Positions 1-10,100 of a DNA stretch of 32,787 nt are shown here, piece after piece. The notes beneath the pieces are model-generated. The model did no database searches. It had not been told where the DNA came from and was given only the letters and a program-made list of their open reading frames with translations. Position numbers and translations under genes: made by a program. This DNA is from an uncultured Eubacteriales bacterium (lineage in GTDB: Bacteria; Bacillota; Clostridia; Oscillospirales; CAG-272), in assembly GCA_900550625.1 (NCBI GenBank), contig URSW01000002.1, positions 1 to 32,787 of the forward strand, given 5' to 3'. Every line of letters begins with the position of its first letter. Within the stretch, counting starts at the first letter, position 1.

Positions 1-16
1 GCAGGCTGTTTCTGCA

Positions 17-679
17 TCAGGTGCGGCAGGCGAGTCGGCGCGACATCCTTCTCATCTGCATGATCCCGTGTTTCTGATTTCTTATTATCGATGTGAGTAT
101 CGGAACAAGCTCACGGCATACGCCGCTTTTCAAAGCGTTTTCAGACATTCTCACGGCGCCGAGATGGTGCGGGACCATCTCTCTTATAAAGTCGCATTCG
201 ATATTCCCGTCCGAAACGGCATCCGTCATTTCCGAAAACATATCACATAATATAATGTCGTTTTCTTTGCCGTAACGGTAAAGAACGCAGTCCGATGACA
301 CGGAATTCCGACATTTTCTTTCCGCTTTTTCCAATTCGGAAATACCATTTGTCTGTTCCGTGATTATATTTTCCGCAATTTTCGCCAAAGGACCGGAGCC
401 CCTGTATTTCAGAAGGTTTTCGGACATCTGCACAGCCGCCCGGTGATGAGGGATCATCTGACGTATAAAGTTGAGGGAAACATTTCCCGTGAGTTGTGCT
501 CCAGTCATTTTACGGATCATTTCATCTAGTATCCGCCGGTATTCTTCGTTATATTCCTTATATTCTTCGTTCCGAGGAGAACGCGAACAGCCACAGTACC
601 GCTCTGAGTTTTTCATATATTGTAAGTACCTTTCCTGCGAGCCTCCGTAAAATCGTTTATTACGGCTCTTCATCTGCAA
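17..679 (-). CDS. DUF305-family protein (two HH-motif helical repeats)
   Basis: 220-aa ORF with two internal copies of the DUF305 signature: 'NFIRQMIPHHRAAVQMSENLL' and 'DFIREMVPHHLGAVRMSENAL'. No signal peptide. The start is ambiguous (TTG 679, ATG 673 or ATG 616), and none has a well spaced Shine-Dalgarno (SD). Confidence 0.7.
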   Translation of the reverse strand: MQMKSRNKRFYGGSQERYLQYMKNSERYCGCSRSPRNEEYKEYNEEYRRILDEMIRKMTGAQLTGNVSLNFIRQMIPHHRAAVQMSENLLKYRGSGPLAKIAENIITEQTNGISELEKAERKCRNSVSSDCVLYRYGKENDIILCDMFSEMTDAVSDGNIECDFIREMVPHHLGAVRMSENALKSGVCRELVPILTSIIRNQKHGIMQMRRMSRRLACRT

Positions 680-781
680 TATATGAAAATATCCTGCAAA
701 CGGTTACATGATTCCGCACACGTTCATACCGCTTTGCCGCCTTGAGACCGCCTTGGCGTGTCGGCGAAAGCCGATTCCCGA

Positions 782-1087
782 TCACTCGGCTCCGGCGGAC
801 TTTTTCTTTTTAATGATACGGTGAATCACATGCCACAAAACGATCATCAGCGCGGTTACTATGCAGGCGGCGATGCTTATTTTCAGCATCCCGGCATACA
901 TATCGCGTTTTTCGATCAGCGCATACGCAGAGTCCACCGAATCTGCCGCGGTATCAATGAATTCCTTTGTCGATACCGCACCGTTTGCCTTTCCGAAAAG
1001 GATCGCACTGCACACGGCAGAAGTGGCTGAGAGCGAAAAAAGCAAATAGAGAAATATCTGCTGGCACACGGATTTTGCCTTATTCAT
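782..1087 (-). CDS. Hypothetical small membrane protein (2 predicted TM helices)
   Basis: 101-aa ORF. SD 'AAAGGGG' lies 7 nt upstream of the ATG. Two hydrophobic segments ('IFLYLLFSLSATSAVCSAILF' and 'ISIAACIVTALMIVLWHVI') are followed by a 'KKKK' tail. It begins 29 nt downstream of the 539-aa gene. No family recognised. Confidence 0.55.
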   Translation of the reverse strand: MNKAKSVCQQIFLYLLFSLSATSAVCSAILFGKANGAVSTKEFIDTAADSVDSAYALIEKRDMYAGMLKISIAACIVTALMIVLWHVIHRIIKKKKSAGAE

Positions 1088-1116
1088 AATGATGCCCCTT
1101 TCATCCGTAATTCCGA

Positions 1117-2736
1117 TCAGACAGTCTTTCCGGTGCTGTCCGGCTTCGTCTTTTTATTGCCGCGGCGCCAGAATACGATCGCATAAACCGTAATCATTAG
1201 GCAGAGCACAGCGGAAAGTGTGATCCACAGAAATCCGTCGGGACTGAAAATCTTTTCGAGCGCCGACATTTCGGAATTCCCGGAAACCGAATCCGAGCGT
1301 GACGACGGAATGCTGTAGCCTCCCGCGGTACTTGTGATCACTGCGGAATAACGGCTTTCGTTGCCGAATTTATCGGATGCCGTTACGGTAAGCTCGTTTT
1401 CGCCTCCGGAAAGCGGCAATTTGTATGTAAACGTACCGTCGGACGCGATTTCCGTCTGATTTCCATTCACCGTAACGATATATGCGTCTGCAACATTTCC
1501 GCTGATCTCAAGCTCTGAAACCGACACTACCATACCGTCGTAAGCATCGTTCATTTTGAGCACGGGAGCCGTTCTGTCAACAAAAACTCTTCTTGAAAGA
1601 AGCCAATTAACACCGTTTCCGTCCGTGTATGAAACGCTTACATCGTTCCAATCATCCTGAAGCTTGACGGACATGGTTCCCGTGCCGTCGAGTTCGAGAT
1701 CGTTTTCGGTTTCTCCGACGGTCACGGAGACCGCTGCGGATTTAAGATCCTTATAATCGAGGCGAAGACTCGGAATGTTCGTTTCGGTCGTATCCTCGAG
1801 AGAGATCGGCGGATTTGCCACATCCGCGGTCTTCTTCATGGTATCCGAATAGACGTCGTCTATCATTACGCTTAATTCGACCCTTACCGAAGAGGCAGAC
1901 GGATCATAAGAAAGCTGTACTTCACCGATCTCAGGCTCGTATGTATCGTAGAAGGAGGGCTCCGTTTCATCGTTCTCGAAAACCGCCGCAAGAACACCGT
2001 CCGCATTATAATCGATTCCGGGCCATGAAACGTAAAGGAGTGCGGCATCCGGATCGACCGAAAGCCCGAAATCCTTCATCGAGGAAGCTTTATCGGAATT
2101 TTTGTACGAAAAAGGCTCCGAATACACCTGATCGAAGTAATCCGTTTCGTTCTCCGAATACCAAACGTAAAGCTTGAGCATATAGGCTGAATAGCTTGAG
2201 AGCGATCTCAGATCGACCGAGGTTTTAACGTCACGGCTTGCGCGTGCGCTGCCGGAGGTGAGCTCTTTTTCATCGCCGCCCTTTTTCACCGCGGCATAGA
2301 TCTTATAGCTGTAAGAGCGGTCCTCGTCCTGAGTGACCCTGAACGACACGTCCATGCGTCCGTCCTTCTCTTCTCCGAGGGTAAAGCTCTCTATAACCGG
2401 GGCGTCCTGATAATCGAACATACCGATCTCGACGGTGTCGTTTCCGAGCTTATCGAGATCAACGTACCACTGCCCCGCCGGAGCGTTCTTGATAACGTAA
2501 TACATCGATTTCTCGTTCACGACGGTCAGCGTACCCTCTTTTTCGGAAAGAGGATCGTATACAGTTCCGTTCGGAGCTTTGAAGGTAAGTTTCGGCTGCT
2601 CGGTCGGCCACGAAACGCTTATGACCACGTCGCGTTCCGATTCGAGATAATGAAACTTCTGCTCCTTTGCAAATGCGGGAAGCGCAAAGCTCACGGAAAG
2701 AAGGAGCAATACGGCAAAAGTAATTATCTTTTTCAT
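1117..2736 (-). CDS. Secreted, C-terminally membrane-anchored protein with Ig-like beta-sandwich repeats (hypothetical)
   Basis: 539-aa ORF. SD 'GGAGA' lies 7 nt upstream of the ATG, 12 nt after the stop of the upstream giant gene. Sec signal peptide 'MKKIITFAVLLLLSVSFALPAFA|KE'. The body is beta-rich and Ig-like, e.g. 'ELEISGNVADAYIVTVNGNQTEIASDGTFTYKLPLSGGENELTVTASDKFGNES'. C-terminal TM 'FLWITLSAVLCLMITVYAIVFW' is followed by 'RRGNKKTK'. No LPXTG motif. Confidence 0.8.
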   Translation of the reverse strand: MKKIITFAVLLLLSVSFALPAFAKEQKFHYLESERDVVISVSWPTEQPKLTFKAPNGTVYDPLSEKEGTLTVVNEKSMYYVIKNAPAGQWYVDLDKLGNDTVEIGMFDYQDAPVIESFTLGEEKDGRMDVSFRVTQDEDRSYSYKIYAAVKKGGDEKELTSGSARASRDVKTSVDLRSLSSYSAYMLKLYVWYSENETDYFDQVYSEPFSYKNSDKASSMKDFGLSVDPDAALLYVSWPGIDYNADGVLAAVFENDETEPSFYDTYEPEIGEVQLSYDPSASSVRVELSVMIDDVYSDTMKKTADVANPPISLEDTTETNIPSLRLDYKDLKSAAVSVTVGETENDLELDGTGTMSVKLQDDWNDVSVSYTDGNGVNWLLSRRVFVDRTAPVLKMNDAYDGMVVSVSELEISGNVADAYIVTVNGNQTEIASDGTFTYKLPLSGGENELTVTASDKFGNESRYSAVITSTAGGYSIPSSRSDSVSGNSEMSALEKIFSPDGFLWITLSAVLCLMITVYAIVFWRRGNKKTKPDSTGKTV

Positions 2737-2748
2737 GTTCCGTTCTCC

Positions 2749-5700
2749 TTAATACTTGTAAATATCCATACCGGTTTCGGGTGTGATATAGAGGTGGAAG
2801 CCAGAATATTTACCCTTCGAATTGGTTCCGCGGACTATCATCGAGAACTGAGCTTTATCCGAGCTGTTCTTATAGAACGCAATCAGAAAATCTCCGGACA
2901 CGTCCCAATCGGCTCTCAAAATCCACCAGCCTACGTTGAAGTCAAGGTCTCCGTCAAGCCAAAGTCCGGTATAGGGATATCCGAGAACGACCTCGGCACT
3001 TCCGGTCATCTTGACGTAGCAGTTGACGGTATCCCACGTCGAGCCCAGCGTGACGGCGGCACGGATACCGTACACCTTATCGCCGCCGAGATTTATAAGC
3101 TCGTTTGAGTAGGAGAAGCTGCCCGCTTCAAGCTCACAGTGTCCGATATCGAGCACCGTAAACAGGTATGCATCCGCTTCGAACTTGAACGTGAATGTTT
3201 TGAGTGTCGCCGATAATTTGCAGTTTTTCAGCGTAGCCGCCGCGATCGGATCGTCCGAGATCAGTTTATTCAGTCCGGGGAGCGTAGAAGAAATATCTCC
3301 GACGTTCACCTGGAACTTGAATGCAATCGTGGTTCCGAGAAGGCCAGAAAGCGTGCTTGCGCTGCTCTCGTATTTACTGAAGCCGGAAAGCTCGAATCCG
3401 AAATCCGATACGGTGACCGGAACGGGGGCTTTCATTATCGGAACATTCATCTTCCCGCCGACGCCGAGTCCTATGCTGTCGAAGCGACCGTCCTTGATTC
3501 CGAATTCAAAGGAAAAGGAATCCATATCCTTGAGCGCTTTGATGCTTACGTCTCCTTCAAGAGAATAATTGTTTGATAAGGTGTCGATGTCGATCTTTAT
3601 GCTTGCCAGCTTAAGCGGAAGCGCCACCATCGAGAAGTCGGTTTTGTCTGCCTTGAGGTCATTATACTCGAAATTAACTATAAGACCGATATCGGTCGCT
3701 CCGATCATCATCTCGGTATCGGCTTTTCCGGATTCCTTGGCGAATGTGTCCATTTTGTCCGGGAAGTTGCGGAGAAGCTGCTTTTGGAAAGGAAGCGAAT
3801 ATGAGAAGTTCAGTCCCTGTATTTTTGCGCAGTCGGGATAGATCGAAATTCCGAAATTCTCCGAAACAAGGAAGAAAATATTAATTTCATCCCAGATATC
3901 GACCTTCTGAACGGGGAAGCTTTCATAATCGCCGGCGCTGTACTTCTGAACATAAAGCGTAAAATCTCCGAGCGGCGCGATCGGCAGATTGATTCCCTTA
4001 TCCGCCATATATTTTGCAAGTCCGCGCGAATTTCCGGAGGAATACGCGACATATGCTCCGCTGTCATCGCGCAGAGTAACCTTGCCGCTGTCGAGGTATT
4101 CACCCGTAACGGTGACATCTCCCTTGAAGCGCAGCCATCCGTTCATGGTGACGTTGCCTGAAAGAACCGTTGCGCCGGAGTTGTCCTTGTAAGACTTCAG
4201 CGCGGTAAACTCATATGAGCCGTATTTGAAGACCTTTTCCGTACCGGGGACGGCAACGGTAAGCTCTTTTTTTAAGTTAAAGCTCTGACCGCGCACGGAT
4301 ATCTCCATGTTGTATTCCCCTGTGGCAACGGATGCGGGAACCGTCACGGAATATGTATTTGCGTCAACATATTTCGCATCAAGCAGATAGCTTACGCTTC
4401 CGGTGATCTTTACGGTGATCTCTTCACCCGCGTCAAAGCCTTCGCCCTTGAGGTTTACGGTCTGATCCTTTGAGCTGCGGTACAGGAATTTGGTCGAAAG
4501 ACCGTAGAATTTGATATCGGAATTTTCAACGACATACGGAACGTAAGCGTCGCTTGATCCGTCGGAATACTCCGGATCGTGGAGATAATAAACCTTTTCG
4601 GCGCTTCCGAGCTCATCCTTGACGGAAATATTCAGAAGACGCTTTTCCATGGTAAGGTTTTTCGCCTTATATTTCAGGACATACTGGCTTGTAAGTTGCT
4701 GATGTATGAAATCGTAGAAATTGTCAAGTCCGGCGTCGCTGTCAACATAGAGGAAGCTTCCGTTTCCGGCATCCGCGATCAGTTTCAGATATGCGGTATC
4801 CACGCTTGAGCCGAGTCCGAGAGTGTAGACCGTTGCGGAATTGTCCGCGCAGAGCGCGCCTATATCATTTCGGATCGTTGCTTCTCCTTTGGGGCTGTTG
4901 TCCTCGCCGTCCGTCATGAGTATAACTATATTGTTGGCGTTGATATCCGAAGGGAATTTTCCGAGAGCATATTTAAGCGCGCTGAACATATCCGTTCCGC
5001 CGTATGCTCCGATATCGTCCGCATACGATGCGATCTTCTGAGGATCGCTTGAAAAGTCCCGTTCGAAGTTTATGCTGTCGTCGAAGCCGATAACACTTAT
5101 TTTTTCGTTTTCGTTCATTTCATCGGCGAAACGGGTTATAGCGTCCTTAAGCGCTCCGACACTTCCGCTCATGCTTCCGGAAACGTCGCAGAGAAGTATT
5201 ATACGGGAGGTGTCAAAATCGATTTTTTCGACATCGAACTCGGTTATTTCCGAATTGCAGTCAAATACTCTCAGATATTTCAGCATATCCTCGGGACCTG
5301 CGATCTTCGAGGAATTTACCTGTATCCGAGCGGATATCTCCGGAAAACGGCTCTTGTCTATAACACCGATATTGACAACTGCCGTTTTTTGACTTACGGA
5401 GTTGGTCATATACTGAGTGAAGGTTTCATCGGATTCGGCACTTGTCGAATTATTGTCCGAATCTCCGCCGCTTTGGTTTCCGTTATTCTGCTGTCCGCCG
5501 TCGCCTGATGACACAGGCGGCGCCGCCGCTATCGCAGCCGCGGTCAGATCATACGGAAGTGAATTGTCAACCGCCTCGGAGACAAACTCAGCCACCTTTT
5601 TCAGATCCTCCGTGCCGCCGCTGCTGCTTCCCTCTATAATTCCGAGAAGCGAAGTCATCGGTGCGGAATAGTTGTCGTCGGTACTGAGGCTTGCGGTGCC

Positions 5701-6984
5701 GAGAGCTTCCGTTATGTACTCATCCGAAAGCGTATCGTTGCCGAGGTATTTTTCTATCTTGGCAAGTTCAAGATACGCCTTGCTTGTTATATTGTCATTC
5801 TGGGACGAAGCATGAGCACGAAGGTCGCGGCGGATAGTGCCAATCGCGTTCGAATCGCGCAGTCCTTCGAGCATTGCTATTTTTTCTTTATATGACTTGC
5901 GAACCTGCTTCGAAGCATCGGAAAGCTCGCCGTCCATAATGCTTCGGCATCTGTCTACAACCGCTTCGAGTGCGGTACTCTGGGATTTAACATAGTCGCT
6001 CTTGAAATCCTTATCCTTTATATAGCCGTCAATATAAAGTTCCGCAATTATAATAAGCTCTTCCGTTCCGGAGCTGCCGTCCGCAAGACCTGCGATCTCC
6101 GCGTAATCACGCATAAGTATAAGTCCTTTTATATATGCAGTACGGAGATATTTGTTTGCGGCAAGAGCCGTGGATTCGTTCATGGCGTGCTTCAGCCGTT
6201 TGAGCTGCCTTTTCACGGTTTCGTTTTCAAACGCGCCGTCGTCAAGATATTTTCCGAACTCCTCGGTAAGCGCCGAGGCGTACTCTGCGCATGACGCAAT
6301 GCCGAAGCGGTCGTCGCCTTCCGCATCCTGCTTTTCATCAATGCTGTCGTTTATTCTGTCGGTAATCGTTCGGCAGGCATCGCTTTCATCTGTCTTATTA
6401 TCGTTTGCGGGAGTTATTCCGTATGACGCCGGATCGGCACCCGTCGATTTGATATAAGACTCCATTGCGGCATTTCCGCTGCTTGACGTGCTTTCGGAAA
6501 GTACAAGCGCGTTATCAAGCTCGTCGTCGGGAAAATCCTTGTCCCTCCCCGATGCGGCAGCTATCGCCTGTGCCGTTTTGTAAAGCTGAATGGCTTTTTT
6601 CCAATCGCCCTCAAGCGCGGAAATGCGCGCAGACATAAGAATGACCTGTGAAGAGGAAGCGTCTCCCTTTTTCAGCTCATTCAAAATCATTTTTGCCTCT
6701 GCGATATTTCCGTCGGCGATGTATCTTCCCGCTATGGTGAGATAATCTTCCTCGTTCGCAGAAATGACCGACGGCGAGTCGGCGCTGTCGACAGCGGGCG
6801 TACTTTCTTTTATTTCGCTTATCAGCATCCTGAATCCCGGAATACCGGTCGCAATGCTCAAAGCAATAAGCGCCGTGCACAAAATAACGGCATCGGCGCG
6901 AAAATACTTTCTGACCAATGCTATAACCGAGATAATAATCAATGTAAGTATTAGCGGAATAAAAAGCTGAATATACAGATTCAA
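2749..6984 (-). CDS. Giant membrane-anchored TPR / von Willebrand factor A (vWA) / IPT-TIG domain protein, function unknown
   Basis: 1411-aa ORF with a TTG start and SD 'GGAGGTG' 7 nt upstream. Two N-terminal TM helices (about residues 5-24 and 33-50). TPR-like helices ('YLTIAGRYIADGNIAEAKMILNEL...WKKAIQLYKTAQ'). Long acidic helical region. G/N/Q/S/D low-complexity linker (residues 489-520). vWA domain with a complete MIDAS (metal-ion-dependent adhesion site). IPT/TIG-like Ig domain (about residues 822-912). The remaining ~500 aa are a beta-rich C-terminal region with no motif I recognise. Confidence 0.85.
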   Translation of the reverse strand: MNLYIQLFIPLILTLIIISVIALVRKYFRADAVILCTALIALSIATGIPGFRMLISEIKESTPAVDSADSPSVISANEEDYLTIAGRYIADGNIAEAKMILNELKKGDASSSQVILMSARISALEGDWKKAIQLYKTAQAIAAASGRDKDFPDDELDNALVLSESTSSSGNAAMESYIKSTGADPASYGITPANDNKTDESDACRTITDRINDSIDEKQDAEGDDRFGIASCAEYASALTEEFGKYLDDGAFENETVKRQLKRLKHAMNESTALAANKYLRTAYIKGLILMRDYAEIAGLADGSSGTEELIIIAELYIDGYIKDKDFKSDYVKSQSTALEAVVDRCRSIMDGELSDASKQVRKSYKEKIAMLEGLRDSNAIGTIRRDLRAHASSQNDNITSKAYLELAKIEKYLGNDTLSDEYITEALGTASLSTDDNYSAPMTSLLGIIEGSSSGGTEDLKKVAEFVSEAVDNSLPYDLTAAAIAAAPPVSSGDGGQQNNGNQSGGDSDNNSTSAESDETFTQYMTNSVSQKTAVVNIGVIDKSRFPEISARIQVNSSKIAGPEDMLKYLRVFDCNSEITEFDVEKIDFDTSRIILLCDVSGSMSGSVGALKDAITRFADEMNENEKISVIGFDDSINFERDFSSDPQKIASYADDIGAYGGTDMFSALKYALGKFPSDINANNIVILMTDGEDNSPKGEATIRNDIGALCADNSATVYTLGLGSSVDTAYLKLIADAGNGSFLYVDSDAGLDNFYDFIHQQLTSQYVLKYKAKNLTMEKRLLNISVKDELGSAEKVYYLHDPEYSDGSSDAYVPYVVENSDIKFYGLSTKFLYRSSKDQTVNLKGEGFDAGEEITVKITGSVSYLLDAKYVDANTYSVTVPASVATGEYNMEISVRGQSFNLKKELTVAVPGTEKVFKYGSYEFTALKSYKDNSGATVLSGNVTMNGWLRFKGDVTVTGEYLDSGKVTLRDDSGAYVAYSSGNSRGLAKYMADKGINLPIAPLGDFTLYVQKYSAGDYESFPVQKVDIWDEINIFFLVSENFGISIYPDCAKIQGLNFSYSLPFQKQLLRNFPDKMDTFAKESGKADTEMMIGATDIGLIVNFEYNDLKADKTDFSMVALPLKLASIKIDIDTLSNNYSLEGDVSIKALKDMDSFSFEFGIKDGRFDSIGLGVGGKMNVPIMKAPVPVTVSDFGFELSGFSKYESSASTLSGLLGTTIAFKFQVNVGDISSTLPGLNKLISDDPIAAATLKNCKLSATLKTFTFKFEADAYLFTVLDIGHCELEAGSFSYSNELINLGGDKVYGIRAAVTLGSTWDTVNCYVKMTGSAEVVLGYPYTGLWLDGDLDFNVGWWILRADWDVSGDFLIAFYKNSSDKAQFSMIVRGTNSKGKYSGFHLYITPETGMDIYKY
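4690..5205 (-). other. vWA domain with intact MIDAS motif inside the 1411-aa protein
   Basis: Residues about 594-765: 'RIILLCDVSGSMSG' (DxSxS), 'AYGGTDMFSAL' (Thr) and 'IVILMTDGEDN' (Asp). I verified that nt 5158-5187 on the minus strand translate to 'LLCDVSGSMS'. Confidence 0.8.
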
Positions 6985-7036
6985 GTCGATCCACCTCCGA
7001 AACTTTATTTTCCGGCTGTTAAAATTTTTTCAACAT

Positions 7037-7065
7037 ATTCTAACATAAAAAAACACAAATTGCAA
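7037..7065 (-). promoter_or_regulatory. Sigma-A-type promoter of the vWA giant-protein operon
   Basis: Minus strand reads 'TTGCAA'-17 nt-'TAGAAT', preceded by TGn (extended -10: 'TGTTAGAAT'). It lies about 50 nt upstream of the TTG start and just downstream of the polC terminator. Confidence 0.5.
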
Positions 7066-7100
7066 TACTTATATCGCTGCGGTAATCGAATATTTCAAAC

Positions 7101-7148
7101 GAAAAAAGTCCCGAAGTCCGCGTTTTGCGTCAGACTTCGGGGCTTTTT
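7101..7148 (-). terminator. Rho-independent terminator after polC
   Basis: Arms 7110-7118 'cccgaagtc' and 7133-7141 'gacttcggg', extendable by further pairs. On the minus strand the hairpin is followed by 'TTTTTT' (complement of 7102-7107). It begins about 16 nt after the polC stop. Confidence 0.65.
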
Positions 7149-7163
7149 GCAAGATCGAGAGCA

Positions 7164-10100
7164 TCAGAACATCGATATCTGTTCGATATCACTGATTTTT
7201 TCGGCTTTTTCGATGTTTTCCGACTCCTTCGGTGCGTTTTCGGCTGCAAGCTTTTCCGCATCGCGTTTATCCTTCGCCGAGAAAATCGTTATCTGATTCG
7301 TTTCGTTGAGCTCATTCAGAACGCCCTGCTCCATAAGCATATCCACGATCGTTTTCGAAAGCTTCGCCTCACGTTTGAGCTGATCTATCGAAACTATCTC
7401 GCATCTGTCTCTCGCTTCCATAATGTTGGCGGCGGCGTTCTCGCCGAGACCGGAAAGCGACGAAAACGGCAGACGTATTTTCCCGTCCTCGGGCAGGAAC
7501 TTATAAGCGTGCGATTTGTAAAGATCGATCGGAAGGAACTTGAGACCGCGCGCATAGTATTCGAGAACGAGCTGCAGCGCATCGTAATTCGCAGCTTCCT
7601 TCTGGCTCATTTCCGTTCCGAGCTTTTTGAGTTTTTCAAGCTCGGAACGAACTGCATCCATGCCGCCGAGCACGGTCTGAGCTTCGAATCCGTCCGGCGC
7701 GGCGGTAAAATACGCCGCATAAAACTCAACGGGATAATATATTTTATACCATCCGAGACGGAGTGCGTCGATAACATATGCGGCGGCGTGTGCCTTCGGG
7801 AACATATATTTTATCTTCTTGCACGATGCGATATACCATTCGGGCACACCTTTGGAAATCATCATTTCCTCGTATTCGGGCTTGAGTCCGCGTCCCTTAC
7901 GCACATCCTCCATGATCTTGAACGCGATGCTCTTTTCAAGATCATACTTATGTATAAGGGTCAGCATTATATCGTCGCGCGTCGCTATGACATCCGCAAT
8001 TGTACAGATTTTATCCTTTATAAGCTCTTCCGCGTTGCCGAGCCATACATTCGTACCGTGGGTCAGTCCGGATATCTGAAGAAGGTCGGAGAATGTCTGC
8101 GGATTTGCTTCGACAAGAACTCCGCGGACAAAGCGCGAGCCCATTTCGGGAAGACCGAGTGTTCCCGTTTTGCATTCATGAAGCGCATCCGGCTTTATCC
8201 CGAGCGGCTCCGTCGAAGTAAACAGCTTATACACCTTGGAATCCGACATCGGAACGTCGAGGATGTTCGTATTTGTATACTCTTCAAGACGTTTATACTT
8301 TGTCGGAATATCGTGTCCGAGTATATCAAGCTTGAGGATCGTATCGTGAAGATAGGTGAACGCGAAATGCGTTGTTATAATGTCGGAATTCGGGTCGTCC
8401 GCGGGATGCTGAATCGGTGTGAAATCATATACGTCATATTCGGCGGGTACGACTATTATTCCGCCCGGGTGCTGTCCTGTCGTGCGTTTGACTCCGGCTA
8501 TTCCGGAAACCATTCTGTCGCACTCCGCCCTGTTTACCGAAACATGCTTTTCCTCAAGGTACTTCATTACATAGCCGAATGCGGTTTTATCCGCAAGTGC
8601 TCCGAGAGTTCCCGCGCGGAAAGCTTTTCCCTTTCCGAAAAGCACCTCTGTAAATCTGTGGGCATCAGCCTGTACGTCACCGGAAAAGTTGAGGTCGATA
8701 TCGGGCGTTTTGTCTCCGTTGAATCCGAGAAACGTCTCGAACGGAATATCATGTCCGTCACGGATCATTTCCGTGCCGCACTCGGGGCAGTTTTTCTCGG
8801 GCAGGTCAAAGCCGGAGCCGATTTCGCCCTTTACAAAGAATTCGCTGTGACGGCATTTCGGGCAGCGGTAATGGGGCGGAAGCGGATTGACCTTTGTTAT
8901 TCCCGCCATTGTCGCGGCAAAGGACGAGCCTACCGAACCGCGCGAGCCAACCTGATATCCCGCGGCCTCGCTGTTCTCAACGAGCTTTCGCGCGATGATA
9001 TACATTATCGCAAAGCCGTTTTTGATTATTGAATTGAGCTCTTTCTCAAGTCTTTCCTGTACAACGGACGGCAGAGGGGCTCCGTACATTTCGCGTGCAA
9101 GCGAATGACACTTTGTGGTAAGCTCTTCTTCCGCTCCGTCAATATGCGGGGGATAATTCCCTTTCGGAATCGGTCTGACGACCTCAACCATATCGGCTAT
9201 TTTGTTCGGATTTTCGATAACCACCTCGCGCGCCGTGTCTTCGCCGAGGTACGAAAACTCTTCGAGCATTTCCTTCGTTGTACGGAAATACAGGCGTGAA
9301 TCGCGGTCGTAATCGCTGAATTTCATGCCGGCAAGAAGTATGTTTCTGTAAAGCGCGTCTTCACGGTCGATATAGTGTGAATCGCAGGTCGCACATACCG
9401 GGATTCCGAGCCGATGACCGAGATCGACGATCCTTTTGTTCAGCGCCATCAGACCTTCGTCATCGGCAACACGTCCTTCATCGACAAGAAAGCGGTTGTT
9501 GGAAAGCGGCTGAATTTCAAGATAATCGTAAAATTTCGCTATCGACTCTATTTCCGCCTCCGGCTTGTTTTCGAGTATTGCCGTAAAAAGCTCGCCGGCT
9601 TCGCAGGCGGAGCCTATTATCAGTCCTTCGCGGTTTGCTTCAAGCTGAGTGCGCGGGATTCTCGGATGGCGTCGAAAATATTTCAGATACGAATCCGAAA
9701 CAAGGCGGTAGAGGTTTTTCAGCCCGACCTGATTCTTGACTATTATTATCTGATGATAGGTGCGCAGTTTCAGCGGGTCCGCCTTTTCGCTCATCGCCTT
9801 GTTCATTGCTTCAAGATCGCGGATTCCCTCGTCAAAGCATTTGTCCACCATTTTATAGAAGATCGCGGAAAGCATCTTGGCGTCGTCCGACGCACGGTGG
9901 TGATTGAAATCTCCGAGAGAAAAGTACTTTGCGAGGACATCGAGCTTGTGCTTCTGCAGATTCGGATTGACATATCTCGACATTGCAACCGTATCGAGAT
10001 ACGGATTTGTAAAGCGGAGTCCGAGTTTATCCGCGGCGCATCTGATAAAGCTTGTGTCGAATCCCGCGTTGTGAGCGACAAGGAGGCTGTTTCCCGCAAA

